Assembly (NCBI GenBank): GCA_036679085.1
Contig: JAZIGM010000048.1
Span: 12,002 to 76,001, forward strand
Direction of reading: 5' to 3'
Origin: Chloroflexota bacterium
GTDB taxonomy: Bacteria > Chloroflexota > Anaerolineae > Aggregatilineales > UBA3940
Length of the DNA: 64,000 nt
A program made the translations under genes and the position numbers. Each line of letters begins with the position of its first letter. The stretch's first letter is position 1. Of the stretch, positions 1 through 8,050 are shown in pieces. The notes beneath the pieces were generated by a model that saw nothing but the letters and a program-made list of their open reading frames with translations, was not told where the DNA came from and did no database searches.

Positions 1-1323
1 CCGCACATGGAAGGGGACCTGCGTGCTCGTGCGGATGACGAGCCGGTCGTCCTCGTCCCACCACGTCATGGCGATGTGCGGCTCGATGGGCGCCTGCTGC
101 ACCTTTGGGCTGTAGTACGTGTCCTCGAAGATGTAGTCCGCCTGCGCAAAGCCCGCCTCGACATCGCCAAGCTCCCAGTCGATCACCGCGGCGAGGTTGC
201 GATTGCGGTCCTCGATGTTCCAGCTTTCTTCCTCGTCGTGGATGATCGGCGCGCCCGGCTTCATCGCCTCACGCGGATCGAAGATCGCCGGCAGCACCTC
301 GTACTCCACTTCGATGAGGTCGAGCGCCCGCTGCGCGATCTCCTCGGTTTCGGCGGCGACGGCGGCGACGCGGTCGCCCACCCAGCGCACCTTGTAGTCC
401 AGGCTGTAGTTATCGTGCGGGCCCGGCTCCGGGTGCGACTGGCCCGCCGTCGTATAGGGGACGCGCGGCAGGTCTTTGTACGTCAGCACCGCGTGCACGC
501 CCGGCAACTCGCGGGCCTTGCTCACGTCGATGTTCTTGATCAGCGCGTGCGCGTGCGGGCTCCAGAGGATCTTCGCGACAAGCATCCCCCGGTGCTCGAT
601 GTCGTCGGTGAAGGCGGGCTTGCCCTGCACCAGCTTCAGCGCATCGACTTTGGGCTCCGGCTTGCCGACGTAATCCCGCGCCCGCTCCTCGCTCACGACC
701 ATCGTCGGCATCGGCGTGGTCTTGACGACCGTGCCGCCGTCGGCGGTGGGCACAGCCGGGGGCTCCTCCTGCTGGACGGGCTTGAACAGCCCCTCCGGCA
801 CAGGGACCGCCCCCTCCTGGAAGATGGGCGGGACTTCCTCGCCGCGCATGACTGCCGCCGCGCGGAGCACGGCCTGCACCGGTTTGAGATACCCGGTACA
901 GCGGCACAGCACGCCGCTCAGCGCCTCGCGGACCTCCGCCTCGGTCGGGTTGGGGTTCTCCTCAAGCAGCGCCTTGGCCGCCATGATCATGCCGGGCGTG
1001 CAGTACCCGCACTGGATGGCGCCCGTCTCGACAAACGCTTCCTGCAGGGCATGGAGCGGCTCGCTGCCGCGCCAGCCGCGCTGCTGCTGCCCGCCGACGC
1101 CCTCAATCGTCTCGACTTCGTGGCCCTCCACCTGGGCCGCCAGCATGACGCACGTGCTCACCGGCTTGCCATCGAGCAGCACCGTGCACGCGCCGCACTC
1201 GCCCGTCTCGCAGCCGTGCTTCACGCCGACGACGCCGTTCTCGCGCAGCACGTCGAGCAGCGTCTGGCTGGGGCGAGCGTCAAATGTCACATTCTCGCCG
1301 TTTAGCCTGAAGGTGATGTTCAT
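1..1323 (-). CDS. Xanthine dehydrogenase/aldehyde oxidoreductase family protein: fused N-terminal 2x[2Fe-2S] domains plus molybdopterin-binding large subunit (XdhD-like). N-terminal 441 codons only; runs off the left edge.
   Basis: Absent from the ORF track because it has no stop in the window. My minus-strand translation from ATG at 1323 reads MNITFRLNGENVTF..GCETGECGACTV..CGYCTPGMIMAAKALL.., followed by a hammerhead-like domain. The start overlaps the upstream stop (ATGA). Confidence 0.8.
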   Translation of the reverse strand, partial: MNITFRLNGENVTFDARPSQTLLDVLRENGVVGVKHGCETGECGACTVLLDGKPVSTCVMLAAQVEGHEVETIEGVGGQQQRGWRGSEPLHALQEAFVETGAIQCGYCTPGMIMAAKALLEENPNPTEAEVREALSGVLCRCTGYLKPVQAVLRAAAVMRGEEVPPIFQEGAVPVPEGLFKPVQQEEPPAVPTADGGTVVKTTPMPTMVVSEERARDYVGKPEPKVDALKLVQGKPAFTDDIEHRGMLVAKILWSPHAHALIKNIDVSKARELPGVHAVLTYKDLPRVPYTTAGQSHPEPGPHDNYSLDYKVRWVGDRVAAVAAETEEIAQRALDLIEVEYEVLPAIFDPREAMKPGAPIIHDEEESWNIEDRNRNLAAVIDWELGDVEAGFAQADYIFEDTYYSPKVQQAPIEPHIAMTWWDEDDRLVIRTSTQVPFHVR

Positions 1324-2165
1324 GATGCTGTCCCGCCTTCCGCCTCAGTCTCATACCCGATTCGTGCCAGTGCCGCCGACAGCGCGCGCCGGGCCACCAC
1401 CGGGGCAATCGCCAGGCGATAGTCCGGGCGGCCCAGGTAGTCCGACTTCACATCTGCCGGGTTGATGTCTGCTGTCAGCGCGTCCAGCCCGGAGAGGTCC
1501 GGCCACTGAATGTCGAAGTCGAGCAGCTTCAGGCCGCTTGCCAGCAGCCCGCCGACCGCCACGCGGGCGGAAAGCGTGCCGCTCTCGACCTCCCGCACGA
1601 CCGCAGCCGCGCTCACAATCGGCTGATCAACCGGGGTCCGCGCCACCTGCTCGTAGGCCGTGCCGACCTTGCCTTCGGCCAGGCGCAGCTCGACGGCGGT
1701 GATGAGGCGGCCCTGCAAGCCTCCGGCAGGCACGCCCGGCCAGGGGATCAGCTCATCCTGCCCGGTGACGGCCATCTCCGCGCCGAGCGCGGCCAGCGCC
1801 ACCCCGAGCGGGCTATCAACTTTGCCGGCAGCCAGCGTGCCGCCGATTGTCGCAACGTTGCGGATGTTCCAGCCGGCCATGCGGTGAGCGGCTTCCGCCA
1901 GCAGCCCGCCAAACGCATCGCCAAGCTGCTCGACGATCGTCTGCAGCCGCACCATTGCGCCCAGCCGCAGCACGCCGTCTTCCGTGTGAATGGTATCCAG
2001 CCCGAGTTCCGATAAGTCTACCACCGCCTCGACGTCGGGGTTGCGCTGCCCGACCAGGTCCGTCCCGCCTGCGAGCGGCACGGTGCGGATCTCCGGGCGC
2101 TGCAGGAGCCGTAGCGCCTCGTCAAGATCGCGCGGGCGATGGTATTCGCGCAGATTGTATAACAT
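1320..2165 (-). CDS. Molybdopterin-dehydrogenase FAD-binding subunit (CoxM/XdhB/YgfM-like)
   Basis: 281-aa ORF. MLYNLREYHRPRDLDEALRLL..VPLAGGTDLV matches the FAD-binding subunit pattern. Translationally coupled to the Fe-S/Mo subunit gene. Confidence 0.85.
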   Translation of the reverse strand: MLYNLREYHRPRDLDEALRLLQRPEIRTVPLAGGTDLVGQRNPDVEAVVDLSELGLDTIHTEDGVLRLGAMVRLQTIVEQLGDAFGGLLAEAAHRMAGWNIRNVATIGGTLAAGKVDSPLGVALAALGAEMAVTGQDELIPWPGVPAGGLQGRLITAVELRLAEGKVGTAYEQVARTPVDQPIVSAAAVVREVESGTLSARVAVGGLLASGLKLLDFDIQWPDLSGLDALTADINPADVKSDYLGRPDYRLAIAPVVARRALSAALARIGYETEAEGGTAS

Positions 2166-2276
2166 CTGTGACCTTCCTTGCTGTCACTGCTCAGCACCGT
2201 GATGCACAGGCTCAACCTGAGTGTAGCGTGTGGTCACCCCTTCCGGCCTGAGAGATAGGTATGGCATAAAACCGGG

Positions 2277-2837
2277 TCAGTCATGGGCCGCAGCCAGCTC
2301 CTCGTCCGAATAGACCCGCCAGCCGAGACGTTCTAGATCAGAATCAGATAGAGCGCCGCTGCCCGGCATCTCGACAAGCGTAACGTCAGCCTCCGCCGCA
2401 ACCGTGCCGTCGGGCAGGCGCAGTTCGCTGTGCGCCTGTACGATCCGGCCCCGGTCTTTCAACAGGCGTCCGATGAGTGTGAGTTCGGTGTTGGTGGGAA
2501 CCGGCTGCCGGTAGCGAACGTTCAGCTTGCCGGTGAACATGAAGCGGTTGGGGTTGGAGATCATCGGGGTGCGCCCGGCAATCTCGTCGAGCAGCGCCGC
2601 CACGATACCGCCATGCACAACGCCGGGATATCCCTGGTATGCCTCAGGCGCGGTGTAGCGTGCGCGCACCTCGTCCCTGCCGTTGTCCTCAAAGCTCACC
2701 TTGAGGCCGACGGGGCTCTCCAGCCCGCACACAAAGCAGTGGCGGGAGTTTGGCTGCCGGGTCCGCTCGTCGTGCTGATGCTCGGACTGGCTCACGGGGC
2801 ATACCTCGGCACTAGGGTGGGGTGAACCCCTCCCCAT
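2277..2837 (-). CDS. PaaI/hotdog-fold thioesterase; start codon uncertain
   Basis: 186-aa ORF with CFVCG..GLKV and GVVHGGIVAALLDE motifs typical of PaaI-type thioesterases. The N-terminal ~25 aa may not be translated. Confidence 0.65.
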   Translation of the reverse strand: MGRGSPHPSAEVCPVSQSEHQHDERTRQPNSRHCFVCGLESPVGLKVSFEDNGRDEVRARYTAPEAYQGYPGVVHGGIVAALLDEIAGRTPMISNPNRFMFTGKLNVRYRQPVPTNTELTLIGRLLKDRGRIVQAHSELRLPDGTVAAEADVTLVEMPGSGALSDSDLERLGWRVYSDEELAAAHD

Positions 2838-2890
2838 GCAGGCGGCTGTGCCACCTGCCGGGGAGAAATGATGATGCGATTTCCCCTGTC

Positions 2891-2915
2891 CCCCTCCCCT
2901 TTAGCGGGGAGGGGG
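2891..2915. repeat. GC-tract hairpin (cccctcccc / ggggagggg, 9-bp stem)
   Basis: Perfect inverted repeat read directly between the LLM oxidoreductase stop and the thioesterase start. Similar C/G-tract hairpins occur at 27679-27722, 34438-34465 and 45864-45886. Confidence 0.6.
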
Positions 2916-2954
2916 TGTATTGCAGGGGTGGAGTTGACGGATCCGTTCGCCGGT

Positions 2955-3953
2955 CTAGTTGACGGCGAACGCGTCGATCATGTACTTGACGTCCGGGCCA
3001 AGCGGGTACAGGATCGGGCAGGTGCAGCCGTTGTCGATGTACTCCTGCACCTTCGCGCGGCACTCCTCGGGCGAACCGGCGGCGGCAACCATCTGCACCA
3101 TCTCGTCGGGCACCAGCTCCATCGCCGACTCGATCTCTTCCTCGGTGGCGGGCCAGCCCAGCCGCGACTTGATTTCGTTGACCAGCGAGGCATCTGCGCC
3201 GAGCGCCTTGGCGAAGTGCGGCTGCTGCGCGAGATACTGCGTCACCATCTTCTTTGCGCCGTCCAGCCCGCGGCGGCGATCCGGGTCCATCGAGCACACG
3301 ACAAGCTGCGGGCGGTCGATCTCATCGATGCTGCGGCCTGCCCGCTTGGCACCGGCCTCGATCCGGTCCATCGCCTCAAGGTTGTACTCCGGCTTGACGA
3401 GGTAGTTAAGCACCACGCCATCCGCGATCTCGCCGCTCAGTTCCAGCATCTTGGGGCCGGTCGCGCCGATGTAGATCGGCACGTTGCGCGGACCGGTGTT
3501 GCCGTGTACCACATCCAGCTTGATGCCACGCACCTGCACGAACTCGCCCTCGAACGTCACCGTCTCTGCATTTAGCAGGCGGCGCACCACCTCGACCACC
3601 TCACGCATGGCCTGCAGCGGCTTGGTGCGCTGGATGCCGACATTGGAGGCAAGCGGGTCCCACCAGGCGCCGATGCCGCAGATAACGCGGTCGGGGGCCA
3701 GGTCGTCAAGGGTCAGGAAGGTAGCGGCGATCAGGGCGGCGTTGCGCGTCCAGTTGTTGATCACGCCGGAGCCAACCTTGATGCGCTCCGTGCAGGCGGC
3801 GAAGGCGGCCATCGGCACGATGGCATCGCGGACCAGGCGCGACTCTGCCTGCCATACCGCCTCGAAGCCCTTCTCCTCGGCATACTTCACATACTCAATG
3901 CCGTCGCGAATGGGGTGGGCATCCTGGAGATACAGTGCTACTCGGTCAATCAC
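2955..3953 (-). CDS. LLM-class (luciferase-like) F420-dependent oxidoreductase
   Basis: 332 aa. The N-terminus (..[23 protein letters not shown]..) and overall TIM-barrel pattern resemble Mer/LLM F420-dependent enzymes. Last gene of the F420 operon. Confidence 0.75.
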   Translation of the reverse strand: MIDRVALYLQDAHPIRDGIEYVKYAEEKGFEAVWQAESRLVRDAIVPMAAFAACTERIKVGSGVINNWTRNAALIAATFLTLDDLAPDRVICGIGAWWDPLASNVGIQRTKPLQAMREVVEVVRRLLNAETVTFEGEFVQVRGIKLDVVHGNTGPRNVPIYIGATGPKMLELSGEIADGVVLNYLVKPEYNLEAMDRIEAGAKRAGRSIDEIDRPQLVVCSMDPDRRRGLDGAKKMVTQYLAQQPHFAKALGADASLVNEIKSRLGWPATEEEIESAMELVPDEMVQMVAAAGSPEECRAKVQEYIDNGCTCPILYPLGPDVKYMIDAFAVN

Positions 3954-4007
3954 GGTGACATCCTTTCACAAAATACGGGTGTCGTTGGGAACAGAACAAC
4001 CCCGGCG

Positions 4008-4646
4008 CTAGACACTCACCAGCCAGCCCGGCTCATGCAGCTCGCGTTCGATCAGCATCTCGCGGTACAGATCCAGGTCGGCAGGGACGTCAACGTCAAG
4101 GCCGAGGGTTGGCGACTGGTACACGTACACGTCGGCACCCGCCGCCTCCGCAGCCGCACGGTGCTTTTCCAGACTGCCCTCGCCGAACTCGTACGGGAAC
4201 AGCCCCGGCGGCTTGATTAACATGGCATTGGTACCCTCTACCCGCCGGTCCGTGCCGATGACGACCACCGGCGGGTGTTTGGCCATGGCGACCATGTTCT
4301 CGATGTCCTCCGGCTGCAGCAGCGGAATGTCAGAGGCGATGAGCAGCACGCCGCTGACGTTCATCCGCATCACAACCTGAGTCGCCATGGTCAGGCTTGC
4401 GTTCAACTCGGGCGCGCCGCTCTCCTGCAGCGTCTGCGCGCCGAGCTGCCGGGCCAGCGACAGCGCGGCGCTGTCGCGGCTGACGACCATGGTACCCTTG
4501 ATGCTCTCGACCATGTTAAGGGTACGCAGGGTGCGTTCCAGCATTTCCCGGCTTAAAGACTCTCGTTGTTTGATATCCAGAACGGATGATAACCGACTTT
4601 TCGAACGGTTGAGTGGTTTGATTGGCACAATAGCCCAGATGCTCAC
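4008..4646 (-). CDS. cofC: 2-phospho-L-lactate (or PEP) guanylyltransferase CofC/FbiD
   Basis: 212 aa. IWAIVPIKPLNRSKSRL is the characteristic CofC N-terminus. 4-bp overlap with cofD. Confidence 0.8.
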   Translation of the reverse strand: MSIWAIVPIKPLNRSKSRLSSVLDIKQRESLSREMLERTLRTLNMVESIKGTMVVSRDSAALSLARQLGAQTLQESGAPELNASLTMATQVVMRMNVSGVLLIASDIPLLQPEDIENMVAMAKHPPVVVIGTDRRVEGTNAMLIKPPGLFPYEFGEGSLEKHRAAAEAAGADVYVYQSPTLGLDVDVPADLDLYREMLIERELHEPGWLVSV

Positions 4647-5593
4647 AGTTGATCTTCCTCTACCCAGTCCAAGAGGGCGATTGCGAGGTCTACTTTGTTG
4701 TCTAGCGTTTGCATGAGTGTCCGCCGCGCTGTGACCTTGACGCCCAGCGCTTCTATCGGGGCGAGCAAATCTCTATCGGCCTCGTCCAGTATAAACCCAT
4801 CCACCAGTTCTCGATAGTGCTGCACAACGCCGAGCGGGGAGATATCCACGCCCAGTTCGGACATCAATTTGGCCGTCGGGCCTTTGACCGCCTGCCCCGC
4901 AATAATGGGTGTCACGGCGATGCGCGGTACGCGCGCCCCGGCGATCCGCTGGCGGATACCGGGGATCGACAGGATGGGGTCGATGCTCAAAAACGGGTTG
5001 GACGGCCCGAACACAATCAGGGTTGCCGAGTCAAGCGCCTCGGCGACAGCCGGGCTCGGCTGCGCTGCCTCGCAGCCCTCAAAACGAATACGGTGGACCA
5101 CCGGCTGCCAGCGCTCCCGCACGAAATACTCCTGGAAGCCCAGGCTGCCCCGGTCCGTTTCTAATACGGTGCGGACCGCATCATCCGACATCGGCAGCAG
5201 CGTCGGGCCAACGCCGAGCGCCCGGCTCAACTGCCGCGTAATCTCGGTGAGCGTCCTGCCCTGGCGCAGCAGCGCGGTCCGCACCAGGCTGGTGCCGAGG
5301 TCGGCGTCGCCGAGGTTGAACCACGTCGGCCCGCCGTACCGCTCGACCATCTCCATCGCGCGGAAGGTGTCCCCTGCGAGGCCCCAGCCAAACTGCGGGT
5401 TCGCCACGCCGGCGAGCGTGTACATCAGCGTGTCCACATCCGGGGAGATGTGCAGACCCAGATGCTCGAAGTCGTCGGCGGTGTTGACGATCACCGTCAG
5501 CGACTCAGGCGGGAGCACATGGGCCAGCCCCAGGGCCAGCTTCGCCCCGCCGACCCCACCGACAAGCAGCACAACACGGTCGCGGACGCTCAT
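4643..5593 (-). CDS. cofD: 2-phospho-L-lactate transferase CofD/FbiA
   Basis: 316 aa. LVGGVGGAKLALGL..NTADDFEHLGLHISPDVDT are CofD hallmark motifs. Confidence 0.9.
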   Translation of the reverse strand: MSVRDRVVLLVGGVGGAKLALGLAHVLPPESLTVIVNTADDFEHLGLHISPDVDTLMYTLAGVANPQFGWGLAGDTFRAMEMVERYGGPTWFNLGDADLGTSLVRTALLRQGRTLTEITRQLSRALGVGPTLLPMSDDAVRTVLETDRGSLGFQEYFVRERWQPVVHRIRFEGCEAAQPSPAVAEALDSATLIVFGPSNPFLSIDPILSIPGIRQRIAGARVPRIAVTPIIAGQAVKGPTAKLMSELGVDISPLGVVQHYRELVDGFILDEADRDLLAPIEALGVKVTARRTLMQTLDNKVDLAIALLDWVEEDQL

Positions 5594-6213
5594 CGGAACA
5601 CCACCCTCGTCTCAAGTGGCTCGCGGGACCTGGTGCGCTCCTCTGCCGGGTAGCCGAGCGCGATCACGCCCTGCGGCTCGTAGTCAGGCGGCAGGTCGAG
5701 CGCTTCCCGCACCGCCGCCTGACAGAACAGGGGCGCACACATCCACACCGCACCCAGCCCCTCGGCGTGCGCGGCAAGCAGGAGGTTCTGGGCAGCCATG
5801 GCGACACCCTGTACCGCCATCTGGTGCTCGAAGGACTGCCGCCGCTCGTCAGGGTAAGTGTCCATGTCGGCCATCGTCAGGCACACGACGACCAGCGCGC
5901 CCGCGCCGGTCAGCCGCTGGCGGGAGCGGCCTGTATCCTTCGCGATAGCCTCCTCGGAAACACCATCCGCGCGGAGATCGGCTGCAAGCTGCGCGGCCAT
6001 TGTGTCGGCCAGCAGCCGCTTGCTTGCCTCGCTCTCCAGCACGACGAAGCGCCACGGCTGGCGGTTGTGCGCAGAGGGCGCCCACGTCGCCGCGTCGAGC
6101 AGGCGCAGCAGCACCTCGCGCGGCACCGGGCGTGGCTCAAACCGGCGGATCGAGCGCCGCGTATAGATCGCGTGGTACAGGTTTTCTGCCGTAATTTGTC
6201 CCGTCGATTCCAC
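5590..6213 (-). CDS. Nitroreductase-fold protein resembling the FbiB C-terminal domain (candidate dehydro-F420-0 reductase)
   Basis: 207 aa. RRSIRRF..APSAHNRQPWRF is the nitroreductase signature. Lies between cofE and cofD with a 4-bp overlap onto cofD. Confidence 0.7.
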   Translation of the reverse strand: MESTGQITAENLYHAIYTRRSIRRFEPRPVPREVLLRLLDAATWAPSAHNRQPWRFVVLESEASKRLLADTMAAQLAADLRADGVSEEAIAKDTGRSRQRLTGAGALVVVCLTMADMDTYPDERRQSFEHQMAVQGVAMAAQNLLLAAHAEGLGAVWMCAPLFCQAAVREALDLPPDYEPQGVIALGYPAEERTRSREPLETRVVFR

Positions 6214-6271
6214 GTTTGTGTTATCCGGCCCGCGGGAACCCGCAGCCGGCCCGTTGTTGATAATTCAGCCG

Positions 6272-7033
6272 CTACCGGTACAAATCCATCTCACGCGGGC
6301 GCACGAGGTCGGCGGCGCTCGCCTCCTCGTCGGCGGGGTACGTCAGGCCGCGCACAATCACAACCGGCATACCCTCTGCCGCCTGCCCCTGCACCAGCCC
6401 GGCAGCAGCGGCGATCTCATCCGCGAAGCCGACCTCCGTCACCTGCAGTGCCTCGCCGAACAGGTCCGGGCGGCCTCGCATATCCCACAGGGCGGGCAGC
6501 CCGGCGGCGCCAATCGCCACGCCGACCGTGCCCATGCGGAAGGGGCGTCCGTGACTGTCGCTGATGATGACCGCCACCGTCACCCCGAAATGTTCGTTGA
6601 GCGCCGCACGCAGCTCCCGCGCGGAGCGGTCCGGGTTCTCAGGCAGCAGCAGCCGCCACTCGCCGTCCGCCCGCGTGTTGGAGTGGTCCATCCCGGCATT
6701 CGCGCAGACAAAGCCCAGCCGGTGCTCGGCGATGAGCACGCCGCGCCGCATGCGCGAAATACCGGCGGATTCGCTCAGGATGAGCGCGACCTCACGCGGG
6801 TCTTTGCCGACCTCGGCGGCGATGCGCCGCGCCTCCTCGTCCGGCTCGACGGTCGCCAGGTCCACCCAGCGCCCCTCTGCCTTCGAGACGATCTTCGAGG
6901 TCACGACGACGACGTCGCCATCCACGAGGGTCTGGCCGCTCGCCTTGAGCGCCCCGGCGATGATGGCGGCCAGGTCATCCCCCGTTTCGATGAGGGGGAT
7001 GCCCGGCACGCCGATGAGCTGCAACTGCGTCAT
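6272..7033 (-). CDS. cofE: Coenzyme F420-0:L-glutamate ligase CofE
   Basis: 253 aa. [29 protein letters not shown] are CofE motifs. Confidence 0.9.
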   Translation of the reverse strand: MTQLQLIGVPGIPLIETGDDLAAIIAGALKASGQTLVDGDVVVVTSKIVSKAEGRWVDLATVEPDEEARRIAAEVGKDPREVALILSESAGISRMRRGVLIAEHRLGFVCANAGMDHSNTRADGEWRLLLPENPDRSARELRAALNEHFGVTVAVIISDSHGRPFRMGTVGVAIGAAGLPALWDMRGRPDLFGEALQVTEVGFADEIAAAAGLVQGQAAEGMPVVIVRGLTYPADEEASAADLVRPREMDLYR

Positions 7034-7036
7034 GAA

Positions 7037-7720
7037 CTAACCGATCCCGGTGATGCGGATGCCGGCGCTCTTCACCTTATAGCGCTTGTTCACGCCGATG
7101 AGCAGCGCGGTCAGGCTCTCAGCGACGATAGCGTTCGCCAGAGGCCCGGCGTCAATGCCGCGTGTGCCCACCGCTTCGACGAGCTTGATGACTTCCTGCC
7201 GGGCTTCCTCGTCGTCGCCGGTCACGAGCACATCGCAGTCAACTTCATGATCCAGATGGTTGAGGTGCACCGCCGATACATTCTGGAAGGCGGACACCAC
7301 GCGCACGCCCTCGCCGAGGAAGGCCTGCGCTTCCTCCGCCGCCGTACGACCTTCAGGCAGCGAAACGACCCACACCGGCGGGGAGAGCGGGACGGTCACA
7401 TCGACGAGGATCTTCCCCTGCACCTCGTTGTACACGCTCTCCAGCGTCGGTCGGTGCGCCGAGTAGGGCACGGAGAGCACGACAATGTCGGCTTCGCGCG
7501 CGGCGTCCGGGTTCGTCATCCCGCGCACGACGTCCTTGCCCAGTTTTTCGTTTAGCTCTGCTGCGGCCCGCTCCGCCTTTTCCTGCTGGCGCGAGCCGAT
7601 GATCACATTGTAACCCTGATGCGCCCAGCGTAAAGCCAGCCCACCACCTTCACTACCGGTTCCGCCAAGCACAGCGATGGTGGGAAGATTGTTGTTCTCT
7701 GGCACGGTGTTGTACTCCAA
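7037..7720 (-). CDS. fno: NADPH-dependent F420 reductase (Fno/NpdG)
   Basis: 227 aa. IAVLGGTGSEGGGLALRWA Rossmann motif of the NpdG family. The track start is TTG; a GTG 15 nt downstream preceded by GGAG is an alternative start. Confidence 0.85.
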   Translation of the reverse strand: MEYNTVPENNNLPTIAVLGGTGSEGGGLALRWAHQGYNVIIGSRQQEKAERAAAELNEKLGKDVVRGMTNPDAAREADIVVLSVPYSAHRPTLESVYNEVQGKILVDVTVPLSPPVWVVSLPEGRTAAEEAQAFLGEGVRVVSAFQNVSAVHLNHLDHEVDCDVLVTGDDEEARQEVIKLVEAVGTRGIDAGPLANAIVAESLTALLIGVNKRYKVKSAGIRITGIG

Positions 7721-7779
7721 TCTGTTGTCGAAGCTCTTGTGTCTGTCGCTAGTTGCAGATGTTCACGCCAGGGACTGTG

Positions 7780-7788
7780 ATTATATCA
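7780..7788 (-). promoter_or_regulatory. Extended -10 promoter element TGATATAAT for the fno-cofE-...-LLM operon
   Basis: The minus strand reads ..ggatgTGATATAATcacag.. about 60 nt upstream of the fno start. Perfect TGnTATAAT. Confidence 0.45.
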
Positions 7789-7854
7789 CATCCACTATGT
7801 CCCCTGCTCGATTCGTTGCCCGCCGCTAACCGACGGAACTCCCGCCCCTCGTCA

Positions 7855-8022
7855 GGGAGCCGCGAAGCTCATTCGCGACGGGTTGGAGCCCTCGCGTCAC
7901 AACTCGCCAGGGAGCCGCGACGTTTAGTCGCGGCGGGTATCACCCCCACTCCTGTGCAGTTAGCTTCGCCTACTGTACGCCCTCATCCCGCATCGTAGGG
8001 AAGCGCGAATAAACTTCGCGGC
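7855..8022. repeat. Three copies of the GCCGCGA(A/C)-N5/6-(T/G)TCGCGGC hairpin repeat family
   Basis: Copies at ~7859-7880 (gccgcgaagctcattcgcgac), 7914-7934 (gccgcgacgtttagtcgcggc) and 8003-8022 (gcgcgaataaacttcgcggc), in the fno/ssnA intergenic region. Confidence 0.8.
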
Positions 8023-8050
8023 AGACTTTTTAGCGGCGTTTTTTTGCGCC

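Noticed and set aside
7-1465. Plus-strand ORFs of 432 aa (7-1305) and 249 aa (716-1465)
   Set aside because: The translations are Arg/Asp/His/Leu- or Ser/Thr/Pro-rich and low in complexity. They are antisense to a well-formed XdhD-like frame that the track omits because it lacks a stop. These are typical shadow ORFs of high-GC DNA.
6218-7555. 445-aa plus-strand ORF over cofE/fno, with similar long antisense ORFs at 8231-9322, 10102-11238, 16332-17804, 18140-19288, 21697-22848, 22911-24056, 24723-26036, 26356-27387, 38323-39561, 46781-48070, 54831-55955, 59521-60891, 60959-62371 and 62501-63424
   Set aside because: All lie opposite genes with strong motif evidence and have R/H/D/L-rich degenerate translations. 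They are treated as non-coding shadow frames.
2277-8050. The F420 operon as a mobile island inserted into the purine cluster
   Set aside because: Hairpin repeats flank only the right side (7855-8022). There are no direct repeats, integrase, tRNA target or obvious compositional shift, so no mobile-element call can be supported.
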